Source of the DNA: Williopsis jadinii | Lineage: Eukaryota | Length of the DNA stretch: 64,000 nucleotides | Reading direction: 5' to 3' | Assembly (NCBI GenBank): GCA_024346625.1 | Contig: AP024664.1 | Coordinates: forward strand, 1,612,001 to 1,676,000 | Shown here: positions 11,278 to 20,242 of the stretch, piece after piece | Numbering within the stretch: position 1 is the stretch's first letter | Layout of the letters: each line of letters starts with the position of its first letter | Program-made: the position numbers and the translations under genes | Notes under the pieces: model-generated | Told to the model about the DNA's origin: nothing | Database searches by the model: none | Seen by the model: only the letters and a program-made list of their open reading frames with translations

Positions 11278-13341
11278 TCATTTGTTCATGCGATCTCTCC
11301 AGAATGCGATCTCCTTTGTAGATGGCCAGTCCCAAACATCCCTAGAGATCTCATCGTAATCATTAGGCGAGAGATGTTCCACTCCATGGTCCCTGATTCT
11401 CTCTCCCATATGGTTTGGGAAGGCACCAAGAAACATCGATAATGTCTGTCTGTCTGGCACATATCTCAATGATTCCCAGATCTCAAACACTTCAGAAAGT
11501 TCCTCGTGGTACCCATAGCGACCACATAACAGGATATACGTCTTCCATAGGTTGGTGGATGGGATCAATGAGGCACAGTCCTGTGTAGGATGTACGAATT
11601 TCCTAAATTCGTACACTGCTGTTCTTGAAGATGCAATTCGAGCCCATTTCAGCCCAGGTAGTGCCAACGCGGGAACCATCAAGGACAGTAAACACTTCTC
11701 GTTGGGGAATCCATCACAGTACTTGGAGAGCATTGATCTATACCTATCCAATGCGCCCTCTGGATCTAGCTTAGACTCACCATAGAGAACTTGTCCAACA
11801 ATCTGCCTGGAAGGATTGGCCAGTGATTGAAAGAGGTACCTGGCACAGTCGTGGCCAGAGGGAAAGATGGAGATGGGTTCTTCGTGCTGATACAGCTTTT
11901 TGAAAAGTATAGAGAGAGATTTGTTATCCAATTCCGAACTTTTGGCGAATATCTCCTCAGGTGACATCTTCGACAGAATAGTACTCTTAGATTTGATCTT
12001 TGGACTGGCCAAGTGAGATTCTAGCAGCTCATTATCGTATTGTATGTTAACGTCTCTTTCAAAAGAAGCTTGTAAAAATTCATCCCACAGCGTCAGATCA
12101 TCCTTAGAATCCAGAATGGTTTGGTTGAAATTCTCAACGAGTTCATTTGGAGATTCACTCAACTTCAATGTAACCCGTTTAAACTGTTCTCTTTCCTCGT
12201 CGGTGCGAATGTGACCCATACTGGAGTTGTAAAACTGTTTTGAGCGCGTTGACGAGACCCCTGACAAGCTCAACGCCATGCCCAGGTACCCAGGTGCGGT
12301 GACATTGCCATCATGGACTTTTATGTGTTCCAAAATGACCCTTTGCGACCTCAGCAACGCAAAAGAAAACTCCTTGGATTGGATATTATGAGCTGTATCG
12401 CCAATGTCAAACACTAGATTATTCCACTCATAGTCAGACAGCTTCTCTTGATTCACAATGTTCCTTACAAGTTGTTCCAACCTCGAAACATGGTATATCT
12501 TTGTGAAATGGACGAGGTTTCTCAACGTCTGGAAGGAGGAATCGGATCCCTTCAACAATGGATACAACTCGAGCAGTAAATCTGTTTCCAAGTCTGACTT
12601 GGGGATTCTTTCCAATATATCTCTCATGATGAAGGTGGGCACCCTGGGTAGCCCATTGATTATATTATATGCATTTGTGATCTTTGACGACAGCATACTC
12701 GATATGCTCTTGACAATCACCTCGTACGATAACTCTGGAGCATGGTACAGTACAGCTGCCAAAGCAAGCTGAACACTTTGCCAATCAGAATCACGCAGGC
12801 TAGGCATTGGGATCTCCGAGTCTCCATACTGGTAGAGCGATATAAGCTTCAGCGTGTTGCTTTTCAATGCTGGATCTCGCACTGACACTTCTTCCACCAT
12901 CTCATCGCATTGCACTCCGCTCTTGGAGTTGAACACCACCTCACGTCTGATGGCGTCCTTCATATACTTTGTCGTCCCGACCAGCCGGTCACGGGGAAGA
13001 CAGCAGTAGTGCAGTGCGTGCAGCAGGATACAAAACAGGCCCTGTGCCCTCCCTTGGCTGGAGCTCTTCAACCTTCGCCTCTTGTGATGCATGTTGAACG
13101 AGTCTCTCACGTTTCTTCGGAAGTCCGCGGGCGTCACCATATTCGAGATGTATGGACGAAGGTGGCCGTCCACGAACGTATTCCGCTCACTGTTGATGAT
13201 CCCATACGCGCCAACAGGTATCTCCTCCCGCTGAGCAGTCTCCTGTATCGCTTTACTGGTCTCCGGTAACCTAAACCAACGCCTGCTAACTACGAGCCCA
13301 CAACGTCGCGTACCACACAACCTGATAGACCGCATCACCAT
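11278..13341 (-). CDS. Uncharacterised ~690-aa protein, probable mitochondrial helical-repeat (PPR-like) factor
   Basis: Long ORF with an Arg-rich acid-free N-terminus (MVMRSIRLCGTRRCGLVVSRRWFR) and a PPR-like C-terminal segment (LWKTYILLCGRYGYHEELSEVFEIWESLRYVPDRQTLSMFL). Function is inferred; first ATG is 13341. Confidence 0.6.
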   Translation of the reverse strand: MVMRSIRLCGTRRCGLVVSRRWFRLPETSKAIQETAQREEIPVGAYGIINSERNTFVDGHLRPYISNMVTPADFRRNVRDSFNMHHKRRRLKSSSQGRAQGLFCILLHALHYCCLPRDRLVGTTKYMKDAIRREVVFNSKSGVQCDEMVEEVSVRDPALKSNTLKLISLYQYGDSEIPMPSLRDSDWQSVQLALAAVLYHAPELSYEVIVKSISSMLSSKITNAYNIINGLPRVPTFIMRDILERIPKSDLETDLLLELYPLLKGSDSSFQTLRNLVHFTKIYHVSRLEQLVRNIVNQEKLSDYEWNNLVFDIGDTAHNIQSKEFSFALLRSQRVILEHIKVHDGNVTAPGYLGMALSLSGVSSTRSKQFYNSSMGHIRTDEEREQFKRVTLKLSESPNELVENFNQTILDSKDDLTLWDEFLQASFERDVNIQYDNELLESHLASPKIKSKSTILSKMSPEEIFAKSSELDNKSLSILFKKLYQHEEPISIFPSGHDCARYLFQSLANPSRQIVGQVLYGESKLDPEGALDRYRSMLSKYCDGFPNEKCLLSLMVPALALPGLKWARIASSRTAVYEFRKFVHPTQDCASLIPSTNLWKTYILLCGRYGYHEELSEVFEIWESLRYVPDRQTLSMFLGAFPNHMGERIRDHGVEHLSPNDYDEISRDVWDWPSTKEIAFWRDRMNK

Positions 13342-13668
13342 AGTGCACACCCAAACCAGTCTTGTACAGCCTTCACAGTATACAACCACACCCAATTACC
13401 TTCACCAATGTCGTCGTTAATGCCCCCGCTTACGTTGTCCTCTGTGTTTACGTCTAGTTCATCGACTTTGTTTTGGAGGGCCCTCTCGGAGAAAGTAGGC
13501 TCTACGCCTGTGTTGTCGCAGCCATGTTCCGTTGTTATAGCAGCGCGAAAATTACCCAAAGCGGATACATCAACAGTGAACAGGGGACATCATCACCACA
13601 GAGAACTGCTTGGATGTTTAGCAAACGGCGGCGGCTGGTTGAGTTCGTTTGGCGAGAGTGCGGTTCAG

Positions 13669-16600
13669 ATGAGCGGTGTGCCGAAGGAGTACAGGGCTCT
13701 CATGAGGGAGGCCGTGAAGGAGGGCGGTAGCGATAGGCCGTTGAAGCGCCGTAAGAGAAGAGTGGCGAGACAGGACGAGGCTGTCGATGGGGACGGCGAG
13801 GGAGAGCAAGCGGGCACTGAGGCTGCTGCTGATGTTGAGGCTGCTGCTGTAGGTGTCGATGCTGATGAGGACACGCCGGAGGTTGATGTGGCATGCAACC
13901 GTACGGTTGAGGTTGACGATGTTGACGACGAGAGCGATGAGGACTTTGATGATGACGAATTCGAGGATGTTGATCTGGAGAATGTCCAACCAAAGGCTTC
14001 CTCGATGCTCAAGGATGTCACAATAGCACTGAACAAGACCCCTGCAGAGCCTGAAAAGAAGAGCAAGAGGCGAAATGTCATCGACAAGCATGAGAGATTG
14101 CTCAGGAAGACCATCCATAGAAACTATCTTGCCACGATGATGGTGCATGGCTTCATAAGAAATCAATGGTGTAACGATGAACATATACATCGCCACCTGA
14201 GAAAGCTGATCCCTGTGAGAGTGTTTGAAGAGCTACACCCCTCAAGCTCTATAAAGATGCCACAGATGAGAACTAGGCAGTTCCTAGACGGGTTACGACA
14301 CCTGCTGCAAAAATGGGTACAGTTCTATAAAGTGACGTCTAACAAGGGGCTTTATAGGCATGATTGGTACGACTGGGATGAAACGGTTACTAGAACGCCG
14401 ACTCCCTTCTCAAGATTCCAAAAATGTATTGTCAAGGGCCGTGGTAGTCGGGACATTGGAGCACAGGGGTTTGTTGCTCTCTTGAGGGCAGCTGATGTAC
14501 CGTCAAGACTGGTCTTCTCACTACAGCCACCTGATATTACAAACATGCAGATCAAAGAACATACCAGGTCTAAAGATAGCCGTGGTAAAAGACCGCATTC
14601 AACTGAGGAGAGATTGCTCTTGCTAAGAAAGGGTGCTAATCCTAGAGCAAGCGATGATCGAGCTTCAAGAGCAGAAATTGAGATGAAGTATCCAGTGTTT
14701 TGGGCTGAAGCCTGGGACTCTGTCTCAAAGACCTGGTACACAATAGATCCCATAATGTTCAAAACCATTGAGAACATCAAGACCAAAAGCGTTTTGGAGC
14801 CTCCGATGAGCTACCCTTACAACCAGCTGAACTACGTTATAGGATATGATCGTGGAGGACGCGTGAGAGATATTACGAAACGATATGCTGAGAAGTACTA
14901 CGCAAGAACCCGCAAGAAGAGAATCACCAAGGATGAGGCTGAAGATATTTGGTATAGTGGATTCATCGATGCATTATCATCAAGACCAATTAATAAAGCC
15001 GATAAGTATGAGCAGGAGTACTTTGCAAAGAAGGCCGAAGATGAAGGAATGCCGGACAATCTACAGGATTTCAAGAACCATCCGTTCTATGTTTTGGAGA
15101 AAGATTTGAGAAGCAACGAAGTTCTGCATCCTAAGGAGTCATGTGGAATGCTTCGTATCAAGGGTAAAAACGAATCAATACCTGTTTATAAAAGAGCCTG
15201 TGTTGTTACGCTGAGATCTCCAAGGGCATGGTATCAACGTGGCCGGATTCTGAAACCTGGTGTTCCACCGCTCAAAGTTCGTCAAAAGACCAGTGCCCAG
15301 ATGGCTCGAAATTTGTCTTTTGGGGATGACGATGAAGATAAAGAGGAGAGATTGTATGCAGAGTTTCAAACCGAACTATATGTGCCACCTCCTGCAATTG
15401 ATGGCTTAATCGAGAAGAATGCGTATGGAAATATTGACGTCTTTGTTCCTTCCATGATCCCTAAGGGTGCTATTTTGATCCAGACCCCATATGCTTTAGA
15501 AGCAGCAAAACAACTGGAGATAGATTATGCTCCTGCAGTTGTTGGATTCAAATTTGATAGAAGGAGTGCCACTCCAAGGATCGAAGGTGTTGTTGTCGGA
15601 GAAGAGTTCAAAGATATATTACCTGTTATTCAAGAGCAGATTAAGGCTGAGGAAATTGAGAAGGAAAGAGTCAAATTAGAGATACGAGCCCTCAAGGCAT
15701 GGAGTCTAATGCTTTCAAAGCTTAGAATTAAACGTCGCCTGGAAAAATCTCATGGCAAAGTTGATGAAGATGAACCACTTCCTCCACTTGGAAGTGATGA
15801 CGAGTTTGATAAGTTACAAAAAGAGTATGAAGACTTTATGAACAATGATGAGTCAGACGATAGCCAATACAAGGAAGAAGCTGAAGAATTTGAGGATGGT
15901 GGATTTCTCTCTGAAGATATACAGAGACCCGCAGAAGCTGAAGAATTTGAGGACGGCGGGTTCATTGTTGATGATAACGGTGGTAATAAAGATTACGAGA
16001 ATGATGGGCTCATTATTGATAAAGATAATGGTACTGGTGTTGATACAGAGGAATATGAAGTTGACGACGAGGAACCACACGGTGATGGATTCATAGTTGA
16101 TGAGATTGACACCGGGGCAGGAGAAGATGATCATGAAACGTATAACCCGGAACATGAACTCAATACTGATTCAAACACTCACGGAGCAGGATCACAAGGT
16201 TACGAGGATGACATGGATGAGTATGAGAAATTTATGGCCGATCTCGAAGAAACAGTATCAGGCGACGAAATGAAAATCACTGAACTTGTGCAAAGTGATG
16301 ACCAGGATGATCAAGGTGTCGCTGGGGATACTGGAGAGCCATCTCCTAGAAAAGATGTCACTTCCAATATGATTGAACTAGAATCAGAGATGGGGAGTTC
16401 TCCAGTAAAGGATGTTCCAGTGAAGGATGTTCCAGTGAAGGATGTTCCAGTGAAGGATGTTTCAGTGAAGGATGTTCCAGTGAAGGATGTTTCAGTGAAG
16501 GATGTTCCAGTGGAGGATCATGGGATCTACTCCGTTCTGAAAGAGGAGAGATCCATAACCCCAGCCTGTCAACATGAAGATCAAAGCCAGGAAAGCGTGG

Positions 16601-16734
16601 CTATGGATGAGTTTGAGAAAAGATTCAACGAACAACTAGAACAGGAACAGGGCAAGGGGTCTAATAAGGAAGAATTAGATGATTATTATGATAAACCAGG
16701 TACAGATGATGATTTTGAGTACGACTCGGATTAG
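13669..16734 (+). CDS. RAD4: Nucleotide-excision-repair damage sensor Rad4/XPC
   Basis: GSRDIGAQGFVALLRA, YPVFWAEAWD, RDITKRYA, DFKNHPFYVLE, KNAYGNIDVFVPSMIP, and an acidic EFEDV motif. ATG 13669 (MSGVPKEY) preferred. Confidence 0.95.
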   Translation: MSGVPKEYRALMREAVKEGGSDRPLKRRKRRVARQDEAVDGDGEGEQAGTEAAADVEAAAVGVDADEDTPEVDVACNRTVEVDDVDDESDEDFDDDEFEDVDLENVQPKASSMLKDVTIALNKTPAEPEKKSKRRNVIDKHERLLRKTIHRNYLATMMVHGFIRNQWCNDEHIHRHLRKLIPVRVFEELHPSSSIKMPQMRTRQFLDGLRHLLQKWVQFYKVTSNKGLYRHDWYDWDETVTRTPTPFSRFQKCIVKGRGSRDIGAQGFVALLRAADVPSRLVFSLQPPDITNMQIKEHTRSKDSRGKRPHSTEERLLLLRKGANPRASDDRASRAEIEMKYPVFWAEAWDSVSKTWYTIDPIMFKTIENIKTKSVLEPPMSYPYNQLNYVIGYDRGGRVRDITKRYAEKYYARTRKKRITKDEAEDIWYSGFIDALSSRPINKADKYEQEYFAKKAEDEGMPDNLQDFKNHPFYVLEKDLRSNEVLHPKESCGMLRIKGKNESIPVYKRACVVTLRSPRAWYQRGRILKPGVPPLKVRQKTSAQMARNLSFGDDDEDKEERLYAEFQTELYVPPPAIDGLIEKNAYGNIDVFVPSMIPKGAILIQTPYALEAAKQLEIDYAPAVVGFKFDRRSATPRIEGVVVGEEFKDILPVIQEQIKAEEIEKERVKLEIRALKAWSLMLSKLRIKRRLEKSHGKVDEDEPLPPLGSDDEFDKLQKEYEDFMNNDESDDSQYKEEAEEFEDGGFLSEDIQRPAEAEEFEDGGFIVDDNGGNKDYENDGLIIDKDNGTGVDTEEYEVDDEEPHGDGFIVDEIDTGAGEDDHETYNPEHELNTDSNTHGAGSQGYEDDMDEYEKFMADLEETVSGDEMKITELVQSDDQDDQGVAGDTGEPSPRKDVTSNMIELESEMGSSPVKDVPVKDVPVKDVPVKDVSVKDVPVKDVSVKDVPVEDHGIYSVLKEERSITPACQHEDQSQESVAMDEFEKRFNEQLEQEQGKGSNKEELDDYYDKPGTDDDFEYDSD
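16402..16518 (+). repeat. Coding 15-bp minisatellite (CCAGTGAAGGATGTT), 7 full copies plus 1 partial, encoding (P/S)VKDV repeats in the Rad4 tail
   Basis: Directly visible in DNA and protein. Confidence 0.97.
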
Positions 16735-16831
16735 TTATTTGGCTTGTATACAAGTTTAGTACCTATTACTATACAAAAATGCAAACATTTAGTGTCATGG
16801 ATCACGTAGATATGTCAACAAGGAGAGGTGT

Positions 16832-17896
16832 TCATCTCCTTCCCAACCTCCTCTTCTTCTCTTCGATTCTTCTCCTTTCTCTTTCACTTTCAGCCTTCTC
16901 CTCCATTCTTGCTCTTTTTTCAGATCTGAACTCTTCATCAAAGATATCTTCGCCTGTGGCCTCCATATCTGATAAATCATCGTCATAATCTGTATATTTA
17001 CGACGATTCTTACCAAACATTTGCCAAATCTCGTCACGGTCATAACCTGGATCGTGTGAACTACCACGTCTACGACGATCTTCTCTTGGTTCGTCTTCTT
17101 CATCATCATCCACGATGAAGTCATCAGACATGTAGTCGTCCTCATCTTCATCCTCATAGTCATTATTGTATCTCGTACTACTCTGATATTCGCCTCTTGC
17201 CCTACGTTTAGCATCGAGCTTCTCTTGTAGTTTCTTGGAAGGACGAGCCAGTGGTTTTGGAACTGACGGCTTCACAATCTTTGGCTTGACCTCACATCTC
17301 GAGTTCGTAGGCACAGAAGGTGACTTCCTAGAGGAAGATGAGCCTGAGGTCATGGAGGATCGACTCCTTGGAATAGATGCACTCTTTGGAAGTGGCCTGC
17401 TGGTTCTCGGAACGTGCTCTGATGGAGGAGAGGGGTCCTTAGTCTCCTTCAAAGATATGGTCTTTTGACGTGCCTGGTCCATCAACTCAGCAAACGATAA
17501 TCTCTTCACTGGAGAAACAGACCTGTTCTTTCGATCGCGGTCCGTACTTGCTGCGGCGTGGATCTCCTGTTTAGGCATTCTATAGGAGACTGATGAAGAT
17601 GCCCTTGATCTTGATACCGATTTTGCAGCGTTCTTCCTCTTAATCTCGTCCTTTTTCAACTTCTCCTTTACTTGTTCCTTCTCCTTCTCTAATCTTCGTA
17701 GCTCCTTCAGCCTTTGGACCGCAGGGTCCACCTTAAAGGGCACATTTGGTAACTCATCAGCATTGTCAGCTGGTTTAGTGCGTCTCTTCATGTCCGCCAT
17801 TGGCTTCTGTTGAGGTTTCCTCGTCTGTGATGACGGTTTACTCGGTGATTCCGACGGTTTGTGCTTGATCTGGTTGAGCAAAGCTGTGAACCTCAT
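16832..17896 (-). CDS. SPT2: Chromatin protein Spt2
   Basis: DPAVQRLKELRR, LSFAELMDQA, DDFIVDD, YDRDEIWQMF, DMEATGEDIFDEE. Adjacent to RAD4 as YER161C/YER162C. Confidence 0.92.
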   Translation of the reverse strand: MRFTALLNQIKHKPSESPSKPSSQTRKPQQKPMADMKRRTKPADNADELPNVPFKVDPAVQRLKELRRLEKEKEQVKEKLKKDEIKRKNAAKSVSRSRASSSVSYRMPKQEIHAAASTDRDRKNRSVSPVKRLSFAELMDQARQKTISLKETKDPSPPSEHVPRTSRPLPKSASIPRSRSSMTSGSSSSRKSPSVPTNSRCEVKPKIVKPSVPKPLARPSKKLQEKLDAKRRARGEYQSSTRYNNDYEDEDEDDYMSDDFIVDDDEEDEPREDRRRRGSSHDPGYDRDEIWQMFGKNRRKYTDYDDDLSDMEATGEDIFDEEFRSEKRARMEEKAESERERRRIEEKKRRLGRR

Positions 17897-18037
17897 CTCT
17901 CCACACCTCTTTCCCCCTTCTGCTTGGCTGTTCTTAGCTGTGCTTCGACGTTGTGAGTGCTTTTTGATAATGATGATGAGTCAATTTCTTGCGCCCCTAA
18001 TAAAAATTAGGGAGGCATCGTGCGCAGGGCTCCTCTC

Positions 18038-18103
18038 CCTGGCAGGGGCGTTCTAGGCGGGTTCGCGAGCGTTCTAGGCGGGCTGGTGGGCATTCTAGGC
18101 GGA
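18038..18103. promoter_or_regulatory. GC-rich element upstream of SPT2: CCCTGGCAGGG followed by three TTCTAGGCGG(G/A) at 21-bp spacing
   Basis: TAGGCGG at 18054, 18075 and 18096. Regulatory role inferred from position and recurrence elsewhere in the window. Confidence 0.5.
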
Positions 18104-18465
18104 CTGGGTACACTCTACGCAGACGACTGGGCTTGTGTTCCCTCACTGGGGGGGGGGGGAGGACGGGAAGAGCCAGCCTACGGATTACTACAAACAGGAC
18201 ACTGGGTTACAAGTTTTTATCGTCAATTAGAAGGAAACACACATATAAAATGGTGTTTCAGAAAGAAACTCGAGTAGTGTACAAATGATTTTATAACCTT
18301 CAAGGTTTATAAGCATCTCTCCATGTCAGCATGAAGAGACGGTGTTATGTAGGTAGCGATGTGAGTGAAAGGTGACAATTATTGCACATTAGATGACTCT
18401 TATGCAGCAAAGATAGGCATAGGAATGGACAAATGAAGCAGATATACCGACAAACAATCAAACAA

Positions 18466-18804
18466 TCAAACAATCAAGTAACGGATTGGAATATGGATCT
18501 ATGAAGAAGGGTTTAAACGTTAGTATACAGTAGGAGACAATGCCGAAACAAGAGGGACAAAAACATACAAGCTTAATGGCGTAACCAACAACACCCATCA
18601 TGATGAAACCGATACCAACGGCTCTGATGATCTTAAGGTATTCTATGTGACATTGGCGAACTGTTAGTACTCTGATGACCAAAGAGAGATACATAGATAC
18701 ATACCCTTTTGATCTGGCTTGGTACATTTCTTGACAAATGCAGCACCATCGTTGAAGAACTCCACTGGAACTTCAGTAAACTTCTCTAAACCTTCAGCAG
18801 CCAT
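18466..18804 (-). CDS. SSS1: Sec61 gamma subunit. Exons 18705-18804, 18569-18642, 18466-18498
   Basis: Spliced product MAAEGLEKFTEVPVEFFNDGAAFVKKCTKPDQKEYLKIIRAVGIGFIMMGVVGYAIKLIHIPIRYLIV*. Both introns read GTATGT...TACTAAC...TAG. Confidence 0.97.
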
Positions 18805-18931
18805 CGTATAACTCTTCTAATTGAACGTGTTGATGTTTATACACCTTCTAATCGTACGAAACCCGCTAAAAACAGGGCATGAGACGTGTTGAATGGGTCA
18901 AAGTTTCACGAAACGTCCACCGTGGCCATGC

Positions 18932-18963
18932 GGGTGTACGGATGTTTGAGTGTTCGGGTGTTC
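18932..18963. promoter_or_regulatory. 8-bp periodic Rap1-type array upstream of SSS1
   Basis: gggtgtac-ggatgttt-gagtgttc-gggtgttc; the reverse strand contains ACATCCGTACAC. Confidence 0.55.
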
Positions 18964-19125
18964 TACAGAGTAGGGTAATCCCAGCATTGCGATGAGCAGT
19001 AGAGATACATACATCTATTACTGAAAAGGGGTTTAACCAATGTAGATACGAGTAATTATGTGTCATCATCACGTTTATCCCTCTAGAGTGTAACCTGCAT
19101 CCCACATTTCCGCCTGCAGCGTTCT

Positions 19126-20016
19126 TCAATCTTTGGATTTATCTGAATCATCATGAACGTGCTCTACAAACTCATCGATGAGACTGGGCCACGCAGCTTC
19201 TTCATCGTACAACTTTAACTCTGGATCCTTGTCCCAGTCTTGTAGGAATACGTAGAACATATTCCATGTGTCTTTGCTGATAGCACGTTTCCATGACTCG
19301 TTGAGGAAATCACACCAAATTCCAACTTTCGCTCCGTAGACAGGCGTCAATAGTAAGTCCCAATATGCAATTGCAGTCTCCAAGGCTGAGGTTCAACAGT
19401 TAGTACTAAATTCTCTGGCCAAGATGTTGAGTAGGTGTAAACATACGCAAAGTCTTTTGTCCATCTTCCAGTAAGAACCCAAAGGTGAATTTGTAGACCT
19501 TCTTGAGGTAGTCGGGGTCTGTTATAAGCCTTTTGTCTAGTTGATCAACGTATTGTTTCATGGCCTCTATGGTCGTTGCGCTACTCATCAGTTAATCTTT
19601 GAACTCCCACAAAAATAAACGTAAAACACTGGAGACAGTACTCACTTAACAGATTGCCATTTGCTTAGAAAGTTCTTCCTTGGGAACACACCCACAGATG
19701 GACTCTCGAGAAACTCTGCAAGGGCAAGAACGGCACGATCTTCAGGCTCATACCCCAAGTCTTCAATGAATCTCAGGGTGCCATCAATACCAATCTTATC
19801 TTCTTCATCTTTGTACTCATCAAATATCGCCAATATGCTCTTCTTGTCCTTGCGGCTGGCATTCGGAGGCTGTTGATACGCAAGGTATTCGTTTATAGCC
19901 ACCTCCAAGTCCCACCGGGCCAATAACAAGAAGTTCTTTGCTACAGACGAGTTCGACTGCGTGAAATCAACAAACTGATCAATGAGCTGGTTCTTTCTTC
20001 TGGCGTCCAACGACAT
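19126..20016 (-). CDS. DCN1: Cullin neddylation E3 Dcn1. Exons 19646-20016, 19447-19580, 19126-19385
   Basis: UBA-like N-terminus (FVDFTQS..AKNFL...WDLEVAINEY), IGIDGTLRFIEDLG, YKFTFGF, ISKDTWNMF, YDEEAAWPSLIDEFVE. Introns GTGAGT..GATTAAC..TAG and GTATGT..TACTAAC..CAG keep the frame. Confidence 0.93.
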
Positions 20017-20242
20017 CGTCAAAAACAGCTGTCTCTGGGATCCGACCTGCTTCTGATTGCCCTCACTGTAAACAGATCTGTATATATGTTTGTGTATGTA
20101 GAGACGGCTCTCCGTCACGGCGATGCTATCTTTGAGATGTCCGGGTGTTTAGAGCTATGAAGTGGTGATCTTTGTTTACATTTCAGGCACAGCGGCACGC
20201 CAGAGGTGTACAACCAGTGTTTATATCCAGCACAGCGGCTCG

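Noticed and set aside
11278..13341. Naming this ORF ATP22 or AEP2
   Set aside because: I could not match it convincingly to either protein, so it is left unnamed.
13408..13668. Upstream extension of RAD4
   Set aside because: Spans the divergent promoter and has no Rad4-like sequence; MSGVPKEY is the plausible start.
16402..16518. VKDV repeats as SUMO acceptor sites
   Set aside because: They fit neither the forward psi-K-x-E/D nor the inverted consensus.
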